Shown here: positions 43,606 to 56,800 of the stretch, piece by piece | Position numbering within the stretch: position 1 is the stretch's first letter | Layout of the letters: every line of letters starts with the position of its first letter | Source of the DNA: Mobula hypostoma | Lineage: Eukaryota | Direction: 5' to 3' | DNA length: 64,000 nt | NCBI RefSeq assembly: GCF_963921235.1 | Contig: NC_086109.1 | Coordinates: 62,001 to 126,000 of the forward strand | Notes under the pieces: generated by a model | What the model was told of the DNA's origin: nothing | The model's database searches: none | The model's input: the letters and a program-made list of their open reading frames with translations, nothing else | Made by a program: the position numbers and the translations under genes

Positions 43606-46600
43606 GAAATAAACGTACTGGAAATGGAGAGGCCTTTGCTTCTTCATTCCTAAGCCTCTTGACCCAAAACCTCAAACCCTCCTGTCTAACACTGACCCAC
43701 TTGCACAATGGCCGTTCCACTTAAACCAACCTTCGTTTTATTGGTATTTGCCAAGTACCTAATAAATCGTGATAACTGAAGCCAATTCTAAAGTCCAGAA
43801 AGGCCATGAATTCTTTGTAATTCTCATGCTGCCTTATCTTGAAGCAAGCGAATATTCACATTAACTGAAGCCCTCTGAAAAGTCCCAAAAGGTCCTGCTC
43901 ACTTTTTAAATCACCTCAAATCGAGCATCTTTTGATGATGACTGAAGCTAGCATGATTTTATTTAAATGTAAAACTAATTTCAGTTTCCCGACCTTTAAG
44001 TTTAAAAAAAAAATCATATATCTGTGTTATCCACCATAGGAAACATCCTCTCCACATCCACTTTATCTAGTCTTTTCAACATTCGGTGGGTTTCAATGAG
44101 CCCCTCCTGCATTCTTCTCAATTCCAGTGAGCTGCCAAACGTTCCTCATATGTTAACCCCTTTATTCCCAGAATCATCCTTGTGAATCTCTCCAATGACA
44201 ACACATCCTTTCTGAGATATGGGGCCCAAAACTGTTGACAATACTCCAAGTGCTGTCTTATTTGTGTCTTCGCCTTTGATGTTTGAATTTTCTCCCCATT
44301 TGGGTAATAGTCCGAACTACTGTCCATTTTACCAATTTGCATTAATGTACATTTCTCATCACTATATTCCACCTGCCACCTTTTTGCCCATTCATGATCT
44401 TGTAGTGCATTTAGAGATTGGCAGGTACAATGTTGTGGGCATCACTGAGTTGTGGTCGAAAGATCATAGTTGGGAGCTTAACACATTGTATTGTATGGAC
44501 AGGCAGCTGGGCGGAGGGCGTGTGTGGGGTGACTCTGTTGGTAAAAAATGAAATCAAATCGTTAGAAAGAGGTGACATAGAATAGGAAGATGGAGGATCC
44601 TTGTGGTTGGAATTAAGAAAATGCAAGGGTAAAATTATCCTAATGGGAGTTATATACAGGCCTCCAACCAGTAGCCAAGATGTGGGACACAAATTACAAT
44701 GGAAGATAGAAAATACATGTAAAAAGGGCAAAGTTACGATAGTCATGGGGTACTGTATTTCAATATGCAGATAGATTGAGAAAATCAGGCTGGTGCTGGA
44801 TCCCAAGAGAATTTGCAGACTGTCCACGAGATGGCATTTTAGAGCAGCTTGTAGTTGAGCCCACTCGGGGTTGGGGGGGGGTCTCAGCTTCAGTTAAGGA
44901 ACCCTCAGGAGACAGTAATCATAATATGATAGGACTCACCGGGCAGTTTGAGAGGGAGCAGATAAAGTCAGATGTAACAGTATTATAGTGCAGTACAGGC
45001 AATTACAGAGGTATGAGAGAAGAACGAGCCAAAGTTGATTGGAAGGCGAAACTAGCAGGGGTGATGGTAGAACATCAATGGCTGGAGTTTCTGGGAACAA
45101 TTTGGAAGGCACAGGAAAGATACATCCCAAAGATGAAGACATATTCCAAAGTGATGAGGATGCAACTGTAGCTGAGAAGGGAAGTCAGAGACAGTATAAA
45201 GGGAAGAGAGGGCATTTAATATGGCAAAAACTAGTCGGATGTTAGAGGATTAGGATGTTTTTTAAGACCAAGAGAAAGCAACTGAAAAGCCATAAGGAGA
45301 GAAAGGATTAAATATGAAGAGAAGTTAGCCAATATTATCAAACAGGATACCAAAAGTGTGTTTTTTTTCCAAGATATTTGAAGAGTAAAAGAGAGATAAA
45401 AGTGCATATTGGAGCACTGGAAAATGATGCTGGAGAGGTAGTAATGGGTGGGGGGGGGTCAAAGAAATAGCGGATGAATTTAACATGTATTTTGCATCAG
45501 TCTTCATTGTGAAGTCGCTGTGTGCTAGAAATTCGAGAGTGTCAAGGGGCAGAAGTGAATGCAGTTGCTATCACAAAGGAGGAAGCTGAAAGGTCTGAAG
45601 GAAGATAATTCACCTGAACCAGATGGACTACACTCCAGGGTTCTGAAGGACTGAGCTGAAAAGATTGTGGAGGTTTGAGAAATGATCTTTCAAGAATCAC
45701 TAGATTCTGGAATGGTTCTGGAGAACAGGACCCACTTCAATACCAGCACATCTTTTCTGAGATAAAGGGCCCAAAACAGCCAGCAATATTTGAAATACAG
45801 TCTGACCAATGCCTCTTTCAAGCCTCAGCATTACATCCTTGCTTTTATATTCGTCCTCTCAAAATGGATGCTAACTTTGCATTTGCCTTCCTTATCACTG
45901 ACTCAGCCTGCAAGTTAACCTTTAGGGAATCATGCAGAAGAACACCCAAGTCCTTTTGCACCTATAATTTTTTAATTTTCTCCCCCATTTAGAAAATAGT
46001 CTACACCTTTATTCCATCTACCAAAATAGATCATTGTATACTTAACCTCTTCTCCCAATCTGTCCAGGTCTTTCTGTAGACTTCCTGCTTCTTCAACACA
46101 GCCTACCCCTCTGTCTATCTTCATGTCATCCACAAAGCTATTAATTTCATCATTCAAATCCATGTAACATGGATAGCAGTCCCAACACAGACCCCTATGG
46201 AACACCACTAGTTACTGACAACCAACCAGAAAAAGCACCCTTCGCCTCCTGCCAGCCAATGCTCTGTTCATGCTAATATCTTTCCTGTAATACTATGTGC
46301 TCTTGTTAAGCACCCTCACGAATTTTTGCCCTATTGTATGCCTTCTCTTTTGCTTTGACCTCTCGTCAACAACAATCGTGTCATCCTGCCTTTAGAATAC
46401 TTCTTCTTTGGCATGTATATCTATTACATCTTCGAATTGCTCCCAGATATTCCAGTGATTGCTACTGTTTAGTGTTTCTTTCCATTCGACTTCTCTCTCA
46501 TGCCCCAGTAATTCCCTTTACTCCACTGAAATACTGATCCATCTGGCTCTACCTTCTCTCTCTCAAATTTCAGGGCGAATTCTACCATATTTTGATCACT

Positions 46601-49340
46601 GGCTCCTAAGGGTTTCTTTGCCTTAAGCTCGCTAATCAATTCTGGTTCATTGCACAACACCCAGTCCAGAATAGCTGATCCCCTAGTGGGCTCAACCACT
46701 AGCTGCTCCAAAAAGCTCTCTGGAAATCCCCCTCTCAACAGCCAGCATAACCAACCTGATCTACCTACATATTGAAATCCTCCATGACTACTGTAATATT
46801 GTCCTTTTGACATGCAGTTTCTATCTCGTGTCGTAATTTGTAGACCACATCTTTACTACTGTTTTATTTGGGTGGGGGGAGGTGATCGGTATGTAACTCA
46901 CATCAGGGTCTTTTTACCCTTAGCTCTATCCATAACCATTCTACACAATCCAATCCTATGCAACCTCTTTCTAATGATTTAATTTCATTTTATTTAACAG
47001 CAGGGCCACGTCACCCCTTCTACCTACCTGTTCTTTTCATACAATGTGTATCCTTGAACGTTAAGGTCCCACTACAATCTTCTTTCAGCCACAATTCAGT
47101 GATGCCCACATCATACATTTCAATTTCTAACTGTGCTATTAATTCATCTACCTTATTCCGTATACTATGTGCATATCACCTTAATTTCTGTATTCATCAC
47201 ACTTTGCGATTTTGTCCACCTTTTACATTGCAACTTACCATGTTGACTGCAATTTAGCCGTCTTCAGCCTCTCCTTGCTAGCAGTTTCATTACACATTGC
47301 CTGTATGTAAATCAACTACAGCATTATCACTCACCTCCCATCCCCCTGACAAATTACTTTAAACCTCCTGAACAGCTCTAGCAAAAGTGCCCACAATGAT
47401 ATTGGTCCCCCTCAGGTTCAGGTGTAACCTGCCCCTTTTGTTTGGGTCGTACCTTCCACAGAATAGACTCCAATGATCCATACACCTGAAACCCAGCCCC
47501 CTTCACTATTTCCTGAGCCACGCATTCATCTGCCAAGTCATCCTGCTCTTGCCCTCACTGGTGAGTGGCATGGGCAGCAATCCAGAGATTACTACCCTGG
47601 AGGTCCTGTTTTTCAGCTTTCTAACGAGGTCCCTAAAATCTCTCTTCAAGACCCCTTCACCTTTCACACCTATGTCATTGATGCCAACATGTACTAAGAC
47701 TTCTGGCTGCTTGGCCACCCTCTCTAGAATACTGTAAACCTGATCTGAGACATCCCCAATCCTGGCTCTGTGGAGACAACATACCCTCCGGGTGTCTCCA
47801 TCACACCCAATCTTGCCTCTATTCCAACGGAATCTCCTACCACCTCTGCAGTCCTCTTCACCCCTGTTCTCTTCTGAGCCACAATGCCAGAGACCTGGTC
47901 TGCGCTCCCCCCTCCCCACCATAATACTATCCAAAGTGGTATACTTATTATTGAGGGGAATAGCCACAGGATTACTTTGCACTGGCTGCCCATTCCCATC
48001 CTTCTCTTGGCAGTCACCCAGTTACCTGCCTCCTGCAACCTAAGGCTGACTATCTCCCTGTAGCTCTTATCTAACACTTCCTCCGTCTCCCTTATGAGCT
48101 GAGGTCATTGAACTTCCTTTAACAGATTCTCTGACGAGTTGCAGCTTGGTACCTGGTACAGGTGTAGTTACCTGGGAGGCTGGAGGTCTCCCAGAATTCC
48201 CACATATCATGTAGAGAACAAAACACCCAGAGCATTCTCCCTGCAATAACTTATGAGGAATAAAGAAGATGAAGAAACTTACCAGGTACCTACCTTGCTC
48301 GAGCTTGATAAGCCAAAGCCATTCCAGCACTGGCCCACTCTCAGAGTGGCCGCTCCGATTGCCCATGCCACTTTCTAATGAATCCCTTTTACTGATTGGG
48401 TGCTGTCCAACTCAGAAAAACTGCTGCAAAGTGCTGTCTTTTTAATCTTCAGCCATGAGCCTAAGTGAAAACGTATCTTCTTGTCATGCTCCTGCTCTCT
48501 GATTGGACGTAACCTAACGCTCCACATCCCCTTCAGACACAGAGAACCAAGCACTATGAGTTTTGTATTATCACCTTCCATTTTAATTCACATTGTACAG
48601 AGGAGAAGCAACAGATCGAGACAAAAGGGGGCTTGGACATTGGAGGAAGCTCCTCCGGACCGGACCCCCCACCCCACCCCACGGCTGCCTGATTCCTGCG
48701 GTGGCTTGGCTCAGTATCCCGCACCAGGAGCACTGATGGAGGGAGGGGCACGGTGGGCTCAGTACCCCTCAGCAGAGGGAGGGGGGCTGGTCGAGGGAGG
48801 GGCACAGTGGTATCGATTGGTTTTGGCCTTACTCAGCTCCACTCCTCCTCGCCCTCTCACACCTCCACACTCTCCCCATCATCCTCTGCCACTTATTCAC
48901 TCTTTGATTCATTTATTCACTCACTCCCTCTTTCTCCCCACTCTCTCTCTGCTTTACTCACCCATCTTCCACTCAGCTTCTCTGCTTCATGTATTCAGAC
49001 TCGTTCATTTTCATTGCCTCTTTCACACCCTCTCCTGCTTTCCATTCACCTGCACTGGCTCAATCACTCTTCCACTCAATCACACTTGTTCTCACCGACA
49101 CATCCACATTCACACCCAGGCACTCCTCTCTCGGCTCATTCACTCTCGCTGACCGACTCACACGGTGACATTCATTCTGCACTCCTCGCTCTCACACTCA
49201 CTACCCTCACTGAACGTCCCTTCTCTGCTCCCCAGTTGCTGCAGGGATTGGTTAGGGAGGAAGGAAGGGATGAAAACATCGCGAGATCTCCCAACCCTAG
49301 GCCGCTCCACTCCCCCCACATCCCCTTTGCCATTACCCAG

Positions 49341-51719
49341 CTACTGCCCTCCAGTGCCCCCCTGCCAGGCAGAGGGGTGGGCAAGAGCACCCTGTCCACA
49401 CAGGTCCCCCACGGAGGTGCCGTCCCATCCAGGGGCGGGGCCGCCAGGGAAGGCCCCCTGCAGGCAAAGCTCGAAATTGGAGACGCCCAGGCCGAAGCCG
49501 CCGATGTCAAAACTAGCCAAGTGTCCCCGGCAGAGGGGACAGTGTGCGTCCTCGGGCTCGGCCGCACCCCCTCCCGTCCCCAGGCCTGCTAAGCCCCCCC
49601 CCTCCTCGCTGCCCGCCGGTGCCACGAACAGCTGGCGGCAGGTGGCACACTGGACCGCCCGCTCCCCCTCATGCTGCGGCTGGTGGGCCAGCAGCTCGGC
49701 CCAGGAGCTGAAGCCTCGCTTGCACATGCCGCACTCGAAGAGGGTGGGTGGAGGACGGGTGCCGAGGGTGGGGTCGGGCATGGCAGGTATGACCTCGGAC
49801 ACATGCTGCTGGGCACGGACCTCCTCCAGCTGCCGCTCGGCAGCCTCGGCCAGCTGCTGGGTGCGGGCGTCAGCCAGTCGCTGCTGGGCAGCCGCCGCCG
49901 CCACGGCCACCGGATCGTGCACGTTCTGGTGTTTGCTGAGGCCACCTGCGGTGTAGAAGCGGCGCTGGCACACGCCGCACTGGAAAGCGGGCTCGCCAGA
50001 GTGCTGGCGCTCATGCAGGCGTAGGCGGGCGGCGCTGGGGCAGCGCTGGGGGCAGAGACGGCACTGGAAGAGGCCGCTGGGCGAGGCAGCGTGGGTCAGC
50101 CTGTGCTTGGCCAGCACACTAGCTGTGTAGAAACCCTTGGAGCAGAGCTGACAGCGGAAGGGCTTCTCGCCGGTATGGGTGCGACAGTGCACGCCCAGCT
50201 CACTGGAGGTGTAATAGCGTTTGGGGCAGTGGGTGCAGGCGAAGGGTTTGATACCAGTGTGGGTGCGGCGGTGTTTGCTCAGGTCACCAGAGCGGTAGAA
50301 CGACTTGCCGCACAGCGGACAGCAGTAGGGACGCTCACCGGTGTGGGTGCGCCCGTGCACCCGGAGCTCGCTGGCCGTGTAGAAGCGCTTGGGGCACTGG
50401 GAGCAGGGGAAGGGGCGCTCGCCGCTGTGGAAGCGGGCGTGGATCTTCAGCTCGCTGCCAGTGCAGAAGCGCTTGCCGCAGGACGGGCAGCCGTGGGGCC
50501 GCTCGGCGCCGTGGGTGCGCTGGTGCTTGACTAGGTCACCGGAACGGTAAAAGCGGCGGGGGCACTCGCCGCAGCAGAAGGGACGCTCGCCGCCGTGGGT
50601 CTGCTGGTGCCGTCGAAGGTCCCCGGAGGTGAAGAAGCGCTTGGCGCACTCACCGCAGGCGAAGGGGCGCTCGCCGCTGTGAAAGCGGCGGTGCCGGGTC
50701 AGGTTACTGCTGGAGTGGAAACGCTTGCCGCAGAGCGGACACTCGAAGGGTCGCTCGCCGGTGTGGGTGCGCTGGTGCTCCAGCAGGTGCCCCAGCCTGC
50801 CAAAGCGCTTGCCGCAGGCAGAGCAGGGGTGGGGTCGCTCGCCGGTGTGGGCCAGCTGGTGAGCCCGCAGTTCGCTGGAAGTGTAAAAGCGCTTGGGGCA
50901 CAGCTGGCAGGGATAGGGGCGGCGGCCGCTGTGGAAACGCTGGTGGGAGGAGAGCTCCGAGTAGGTGGGATAACAGCGGCCGCAGATGGCGCACTCAAAG
51001 GGACGGGGGGCCCCGTGCCGGGGCCGGTGCAGGGCCAGGTGGCTGAGGGTGGCGAAGGTCTTTCCGCAGACGGAGCACTCGAAGGGGCGCTCACCGGTGT
51101 GAGTGCGGAGGTGCCGCTCCAGGTGGGAGGGGCAGGCAAAACCTTTGCCGCACTCGGGGCATGGGAAGCGATTGGGCCGGCGTTGACGTTTCACCCCCTC
51201 CTCCTCTTCCTCCACACCGGCGTGTGGGAGGGGCTCTGTGACTGCCCCATTGTGGCCCAGCAGGGGTGGAGAGAAGCCCTCCCGCACTCCCCCTGAATCA
51301 GGGGGCTCAGGAAGTCTGGGGGGAGAGTCGTCACCCCATCCCGCATCCTCGAAGGGGTCAGGTTCAGCCTCAGGTTCACGGTCGGGGTCGGGGTCAGAGC
51401 CGGCGTCAGGGTCAGTTTCAGGGTCAGCATCGGGGTTGGCTTCGGGGTCTGTTTCAAGGTCAGGGTGGGTGGAAAAGAGCTCGTCCCCCTCCTCCTCCTG
51501 CTTGGGGGTCCACACCAGCCCCTCCTCCTGTGTAGATGTCCTAGGGGTGGACGGCTCCTCCTCTGCTGTGATTTTGGCTGCTGCTGTTGCTGGCGACCTC
51601 GGGGACATGATGAAAGAAGATGGCCGGGGATCCCCTGCCTCTTGCCCCACTGCAGGGGGAGAGGGGTCTCGATCGGCGTCGGGAGTCTGGGACAGCTGAG
51701 GACATGGTGGAGACGACAT
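49341..51719 (-). CDS. C2H2 zinc-finger protein, 792 aa, 16 complete fingers, acidic/Pro-rich N-terminus
   Basis: Intact ORF with repeated CxxC-x12-HxxxH motifs and TGERP linkers. Splice acceptor (polypyrimidine tract + cag) 2 nt upstream of the ATG. Confidence 0.95.
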   Translation of the reverse strand: MSSPPCPQLSQTPDADRDPSPPAVGQEAGDPRPSSFIMSPRSPATAAAKITAEEEPSTPRTSTQEEGLVWTPKQEEEGDELFSTHPDLETDPEANPDADPETDPDAGSDPDPDREPEAEPDPFEDAGWGDDSPPRLPEPPDSGGVREGFSPPLLGHNGAVTEPLPHAGVEEEEEGVKRQRRPNRFPCPECGKGFACPSHLERHLRTHTGERPFECSVCGKTFATLSHLALHRPRHGAPRPFECAICGRCYPTYSELSSHQRFHSGRRPYPCQLCPKRFYTSSELRAHQLAHTGERPHPCSACGKRFGRLGHLLEHQRTHTGERPFECPLCGKRFHSSSNLTRHRRFHSGERPFACGECAKRFFTSGDLRRHQQTHGGERPFCCGECPRRFYRSGDLVKHQRTHGAERPHGCPSCGKRFCTGSELKIHARFHSGERPFPCSQCPKRFYTASELRVHGRTHTGERPYCCPLCGKSFYRSGDLSKHRRTHTGIKPFACTHCPKRYYTSSELGVHCRTHTGEKPFRCQLCSKGFYTASVLAKHRLTHAASPSGLFQCRLCPQRCPSAARLRLHERQHSGEPAFQCGVCQRRFYTAGGLSKHQNVHDPVAVAAAAAQQRLADARTQQLAEAAERQLEEVRAQQHVSEVIPAMPDPTLGTRPPPTLFECGMCKRGFSSWAELLAHQPQHEGERAVQCATCRQLFVAPAGSEEGGGLAGLGTGGGAAEPEDAHCPLCRGHLASFDIGGFGLGVSNFELCLQGAFPGGPAPGWDGTSVGDLCGQGALAHPSAWQGGTGGQ

Positions 51720-52544
51720 TGCTGTGCGGGGGTGGGAAGGGAGAGGAAGGGCAGCACAGAGTCAAAGATGGATTGGGGCAATAGGCACAGAGCTCCCCAG
51801 TCCTTCCCTCACTGCCCCTCCCCTCACCTCTCATCAACTTGCCTCATACCTCTTTCACTATTCCCTCGCCCTATCTTCATCAATGCCCTTCCCTCTCTAT
51901 TACTCCCCTCCCTTACCCCCCTGCCACACTGCTCCATCACCCCCTCCCACTGCTCCTTCACCCCCCCCAATCTCCTTACCGCAGCACAGTTTGGTGCTCC
52001 CTCACCATCCCTCCCAATGTCAAGACTATTGTTTATTGACTATATCTTCACATTCAATTCCAAAATTCCAAGCAAACTCAGCTCTAACCGCCGGATCCTG
52101 GGAGGTGATGCCCCCCTTTACTGCTGGACCCTTCACTTCACTGACTGACAAACCGCAGTCAGTACCGATGGGCGGCAACACCTCTGCCACGATTTTTCTA
52201 AACATGGCAGCCCCCTCCTCCCTCCACACGCACGGCTGCATGGCTAGGTTCTGCTCTATTTCACCGATGACCCACGACACTGGGCCATATCTCAAAAAAC
52301 AAGGAGACAGAGAGCTTAATGACCAGACAACATCATGTCATCAGAGCAAAAGAACTGGTCACTCATTTCAGTGGAGGGTGGGGGGAAGGTGAGCACATGC
52401 TCCTGAAAACATGTCCCACCGTGCTGAAGGATAACTTCCAAACTGCTGTGCTCGAACTTGAATGGACTTAAGACAGATACTTGGTCTCACAATCTACCTT
52501 GCTATGACCCTGCACGTTTTTGATTACCTGCACTGCACTCTCTC

Positions 52545-53100
52545 TGTGATAGCCGGGGGTGGTAGCGGGTATAAGCTCCAACAACCTATTAAATGCTCCC
52601 AATGGCGTGCAACTCAAGTAGCCTCTGACAACCAAGTCCAGCTCCTGGCATTCCTGGGCAGCTTAGCTACTAAGCCCAGCAAAACCATTTCTACTGACTG
52701 GTGAAGGAGCAAAGGCAGGCCACTGGCACCTTAAAACCAGTCATATCAGGCAGCCACGGTTGGCATCTCATCCAGGAGAAGGAAAACTCTGATCTCAAAC
52801 TTCTGCTGATTGCATGGGGAAGGCTTTGGGAGTAAACCCTGAGGGAAAAATCCAGAGCTGGAATCTGTAAGGCAGTGCTACACTGAGTTCAACACTGACC
52901 GGCAGCTCCTACGATGCTGCTGGTGCCAAACGGTACTGGTCCTTGCTGTTCTTTTAGGTACATCAGATGCACGAACAGAGGGAGCTTGCTACATGGGCAA
53001 CAGCTTGCTCTCCATATCGTACTGCCCAGGCTTGTGTACCTAGACAGCCGGGATGCAATTTCCATGGTTAACCCTGGCCAATGGAGGTCTCAACATCATC
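52545..53100 (+). mobile_element. Interspersed repeat, possibly the 5' region of an RTE-clade element, inside a degenerate Rex/Babar remnant (~52120-53230)
   Basis: Motifs ggagaaggaaaactctgatctcaaac and gtaaaccctgagggaaaaatccagagctgg resemble RTE-type 5'UTRs. This is recognition only and was not verified. Confidence 0.35.
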
Positions 53101-53378
53101 ATTCTTTCTGTAGCTATTACACTTCATTCTGCATTGTTATTGTTTTACCAAGTTCTACCTCAAAGCACCGTGTAACGATCTGATCTGTGTGAACAGTGTG
53201 CAAGGCAAGTTAAACACTGTGTCTCAGTACCAAAACGTCTGCCTCTCCCACAGATCGGTGGCCCCCAACATATCTTACACTCTCTGTTCCACTGCCTCTC
53301 TTTCACCCCTCCACAGTACAGACTCCCTTATCAACCTCCTTCGTGGTCAGTCCCCTCCTGCTCGCGCTCCCCACTCAC

Positions 53379-53460
53379 CAATGCGACTCTCTAAACTAGA
53401 GTGTCCCAATGTTGGTCAGTGGTGACAAAGCCAGCTTTCCTACTCCTTGGTCCAGAGGTC
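53379..53460 (-). other. Probable non-coding 5'UTR exon of the zinc-finger gene
   Basis: Acceptor ccccttctccctcag| and donor |gtgagt on the minus strand. No ATG. Two stops in the frame that would join the ZNF ORF. Confidence 0.55.
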
Positions 53461-53804
53461 CTGAGGGAGAAGGGGATATTTCAGTTGAGTTTCAGTGATC
53501 ACATTCTGTCAGTCTCCCTCTCTGCCACCCTTGCTGCAGAAGGAACAGAAGAGATTACCCCTGTGCTCCAGTCTCTCTCATCATTAAATGTCCCTTCCCC
53601 CCTCTACTGCATCATCCCAACTCCCCAGCGTCGGAGTCACTCCCCTGCCCCTTCATTCCCTCTTTCTCTATCCACATTCCCTCACTCCCATACCTCTCAC
53701 ACCCTTCTCCTCACCCCAACCCTGTTCTTCCTCTATCTCGCTACCTCTTCCTGTACCTCTTCCCTACCATCCCAATCTATCTCGTCACTGTGGGTCTGAC
53801 TCCC

Positions 53805-56800
53805 CCTCTCACCGTCACTCTGTCTCCGTCTCCCTCTCTCACCGTCACTCTGTGTCCGTCTCCCTCTCTCTCACCGTCACTGTGTCCGTCTCTCCCTCTC
53901 TCTCTTGTCACTCTGTGTCCGTCTCCCTCTCTCACCGTCAGTGTGTCCGTCTCCCTCTCTCTCACTGTCACTCTGTGTCCGTCTCCCTGTCTCTCACCGT
54001 CACTGTGTCCGTCTCCCTCTCTCTCACCGTCACTCTGTGTCCGTCTCCCTCTCTCTCACCGTCACTCTGTGTCCGTCTCCGTCTCTCACCGTCACTGTGT
54101 CCGTCTCCCTCTCTGACTGTCACTCTGTGTCAGTCTCCCTCTCTCTCACCGTCACTGTGTCCGTCTCCCTCTCTCACCGTCACTGTGTCCGTCTCCCTCT
54201 CTCTCACCGTCACTCTGTGTCCGTCTCCCTCTCTCACCGTCACTGTGTCCGTCTCCCTCTCTCTCACCGTCACTCTGTATCCGTCTCCCTCTCTCTCTCC
54301 GTCACTGTGTCCGTCTCCCTCTCTCACCGTCACTCTGTGTCCGTCTCCCTGTCTCTCACCATCACTGTGTCCGTCTCCCTCTCTGACTGTCACTCTGTGT
54401 CCGTCTCCCTCTCTCTCACCGTCACTGTGTCCGTCTCCCTCTCTCACTGTCACTCTGTGTCCGTCTCCCTCTCTCTCACCGTCACTCTGTGTCCGTCTCC
54501 CTCTCTCTGTCACTGTATCCGTCTCCCTCTCTCTCACCGTCACTCTGTGTCCGTCTCCCTCTCTGACTGTCACTCTGTGTCCGTCTCCCTCTCTCTCACC
54601 GTCACTGTGTCCGTCTCCCTCTCTCACTGTCACTCTGTGTCCGTCTCCCTCTCTCTCACCGTCACTCTGTGTCCGTCTCCCTGTCTCTCACCGTCACTGT
54701 GTCCGTCTCCCTCTCTGTCACTCTGTGTCCGTCTCCCTCTCTCTCACCGTCACTCTGTGTCCGTCTCTCTCTCTCACCGTCACTCTGTGTCCGTCTCCCT
54801 CTCTCACCGTCACTGTGTCCGTCTCCCTCTCTCTCACCGTCACTGTGTCCGTCTCCTTCTCTCACCGTCACTGTGTCCGTCTCCCTCTCTCACCGTCACT
54901 CTGTGTCCGTCTCCCTCTCTCACCGTCACTGTGTCCGTCTCCCTGTCTCTCACCGTCACTCTGTGTCCGTCTCCCTCTCTGACTATCACTCTGTGTCCGT
55001 CTCCCTCTCTCTCACCGTCACTGTGTCCGTCTCCCTCTCTCACCGTCACTCTGTGTCCGTCTTCCTCTCTCTCGTCACTCTGTGTCCGTCTCCTTCTCTC
55101 ACCGTCACTCTGTGTCCGTCTTCCTCTCTCTCGTCACTCTGTGTCCGTCTTCCTCTCTCTCGTCACTCTGTGTCCGTCTCCTTCTCTCACCGTCACTGTG
55201 TCCGTCTCCCTCTCTCACCGTCACTGTGTCCGTCTCCCTCTCTCACCGTCACTGTGTCCGTCTCCCTCTCTCTCACCGTCACTCTGTGTCCGTCTCCCTG
55301 TCTCTCACCGTCATTGTGTCCGTCTCCCTCTCTGACTGTCACTCTGTGTCCGTCTCCCTCTCTCTCACCGTCACTGTGTCCGTCTCCCTCTCTCACTGTC
55401 ACTCTGTGTCCGTCTCCCTCTCTCTCACCGTCACTCTGTGTCCGTCTCCCTGTCTCTCACCGTCACTGTGTCCGTCTCCCTCTCTGACTGTCACTCTGTG
55501 TCCGTCTCCCTCTCTCACCGTCACTGTGTCCGTCTCCCTCTCTCTCACCGTCACTGTGTCCGTCTCCCTCTCTCACCGTCACTCTGTGTCCGTCTCCCTC
55601 TCTCTCCGTCACTCTGTGTCCGTCTCCCTCTCTCTCACCGTCACTCTGTGTCCGTCTCCCTCTCTCTCACCGTCACTGTGTCCGTCTCCCTGTCTCTCAC
55701 CGTCACTGTGTCCGTCTCCCGCTCTCACCGTCACTCTGTGTCCGTCTCCCTCTCTCTCACCGTCACTCTGTGTCCGTCTCCCTCTCTCTCACCGTCACTC
55801 TGTGTCCGTCTCCCTGTCTCTCACCGTCATTGTGTCCGTCTCCCACTCTGACTGTCACTCTGTGTCCGTCTCCCTCTCTCTCACCGTCACTCTGTGTCCG
55901 TCTCCCTGTCTCTCACCGTCACTGTGTCCGTCTCCCTCTCTCACTGTCACTGTGTCCGTCTCCCTCTCTCTCACCGTCACTCTGTGTCCGTCTCCCTCTC
56001 TCACTGTCACTGTGTCCGTCTCCCTCTCTCTCACCGTCACTCTGTGTCCGTCTCCCTCTCTGACTGTCACTCTGTGTCCGTCTCCCTCTCTCTCACCATC
56101 ACTGTGTCCGTCTCCCTCTCTCACTGTCACTCTGTGTCCGTCTCCCTCTCTCTCACCGTCACTCTGTGTCCGTCTCCCTGTCTCTCACCGTCACTGTGTC
56201 CGTCTCCCTCTCTCACCGTCACTCTGTGTCCGTCTTCCTCTCTCTCGTCACTCTGTGTCCGTCTCCTTCTCTCACCGTCACTCTGTGTCCGTCTTCCTCT
56301 CTCTCGTCACTCTGTGTCCGTCTCCTTCTCTCACCGTCACTCTGTGTCCGTCTCCCTCTCTCACCGTCACTCTGTGTCCGTCTTCCTCTCTCTCGTCACT
56401 CTGTGTCCGTCTCCTTCTCTCACCGTCACTGTGTCCGTCTCCCTCTCTCACCGTCACTCTGTGTCCGTCTCCCTCTCTCACCGTCACTGTGTCCGTCTCC
56501 CTCTCTCTCACCGTCACTCTGTGTCCGTCTCCCTCTCTCTCACCGTCAGTGTGTCCGTCTCCCTCTCTCACCGTCACTCTGTGTCCGTCTCCCTCTCTCT
56601 CACCGTCACTCTGTGTCCGTCTCCCTGTCTCTCACCGTCACTGTGTCCGTCTCCCTCTCTGACTATCACTCTGTGTCCGTCTCCCTCTCTCTCACCGTCA
56701 CTGTGTCCGTCTCCCTCTCTCACCGTCACTCTGTGTCCGTCTCCCTCTCTCTCACCGTCACTCTGTGTCCATCTCCCTCTCTCTCCGTCACTGTGTCCGT

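Larger units (their letters stand above)
39890..48420. mobile_element. Cluster of nested degenerate CR1 LINE fragments (mostly -, with a + block at ~44400-45720)
   Basis: RT/EN remnants in ORFs 40459..40755, 41779..41964, 42852..43210 and 46469..46813. ORF1 esterase remnant in 47506..47982 (VHVGINDI). Confidence 0.75.
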
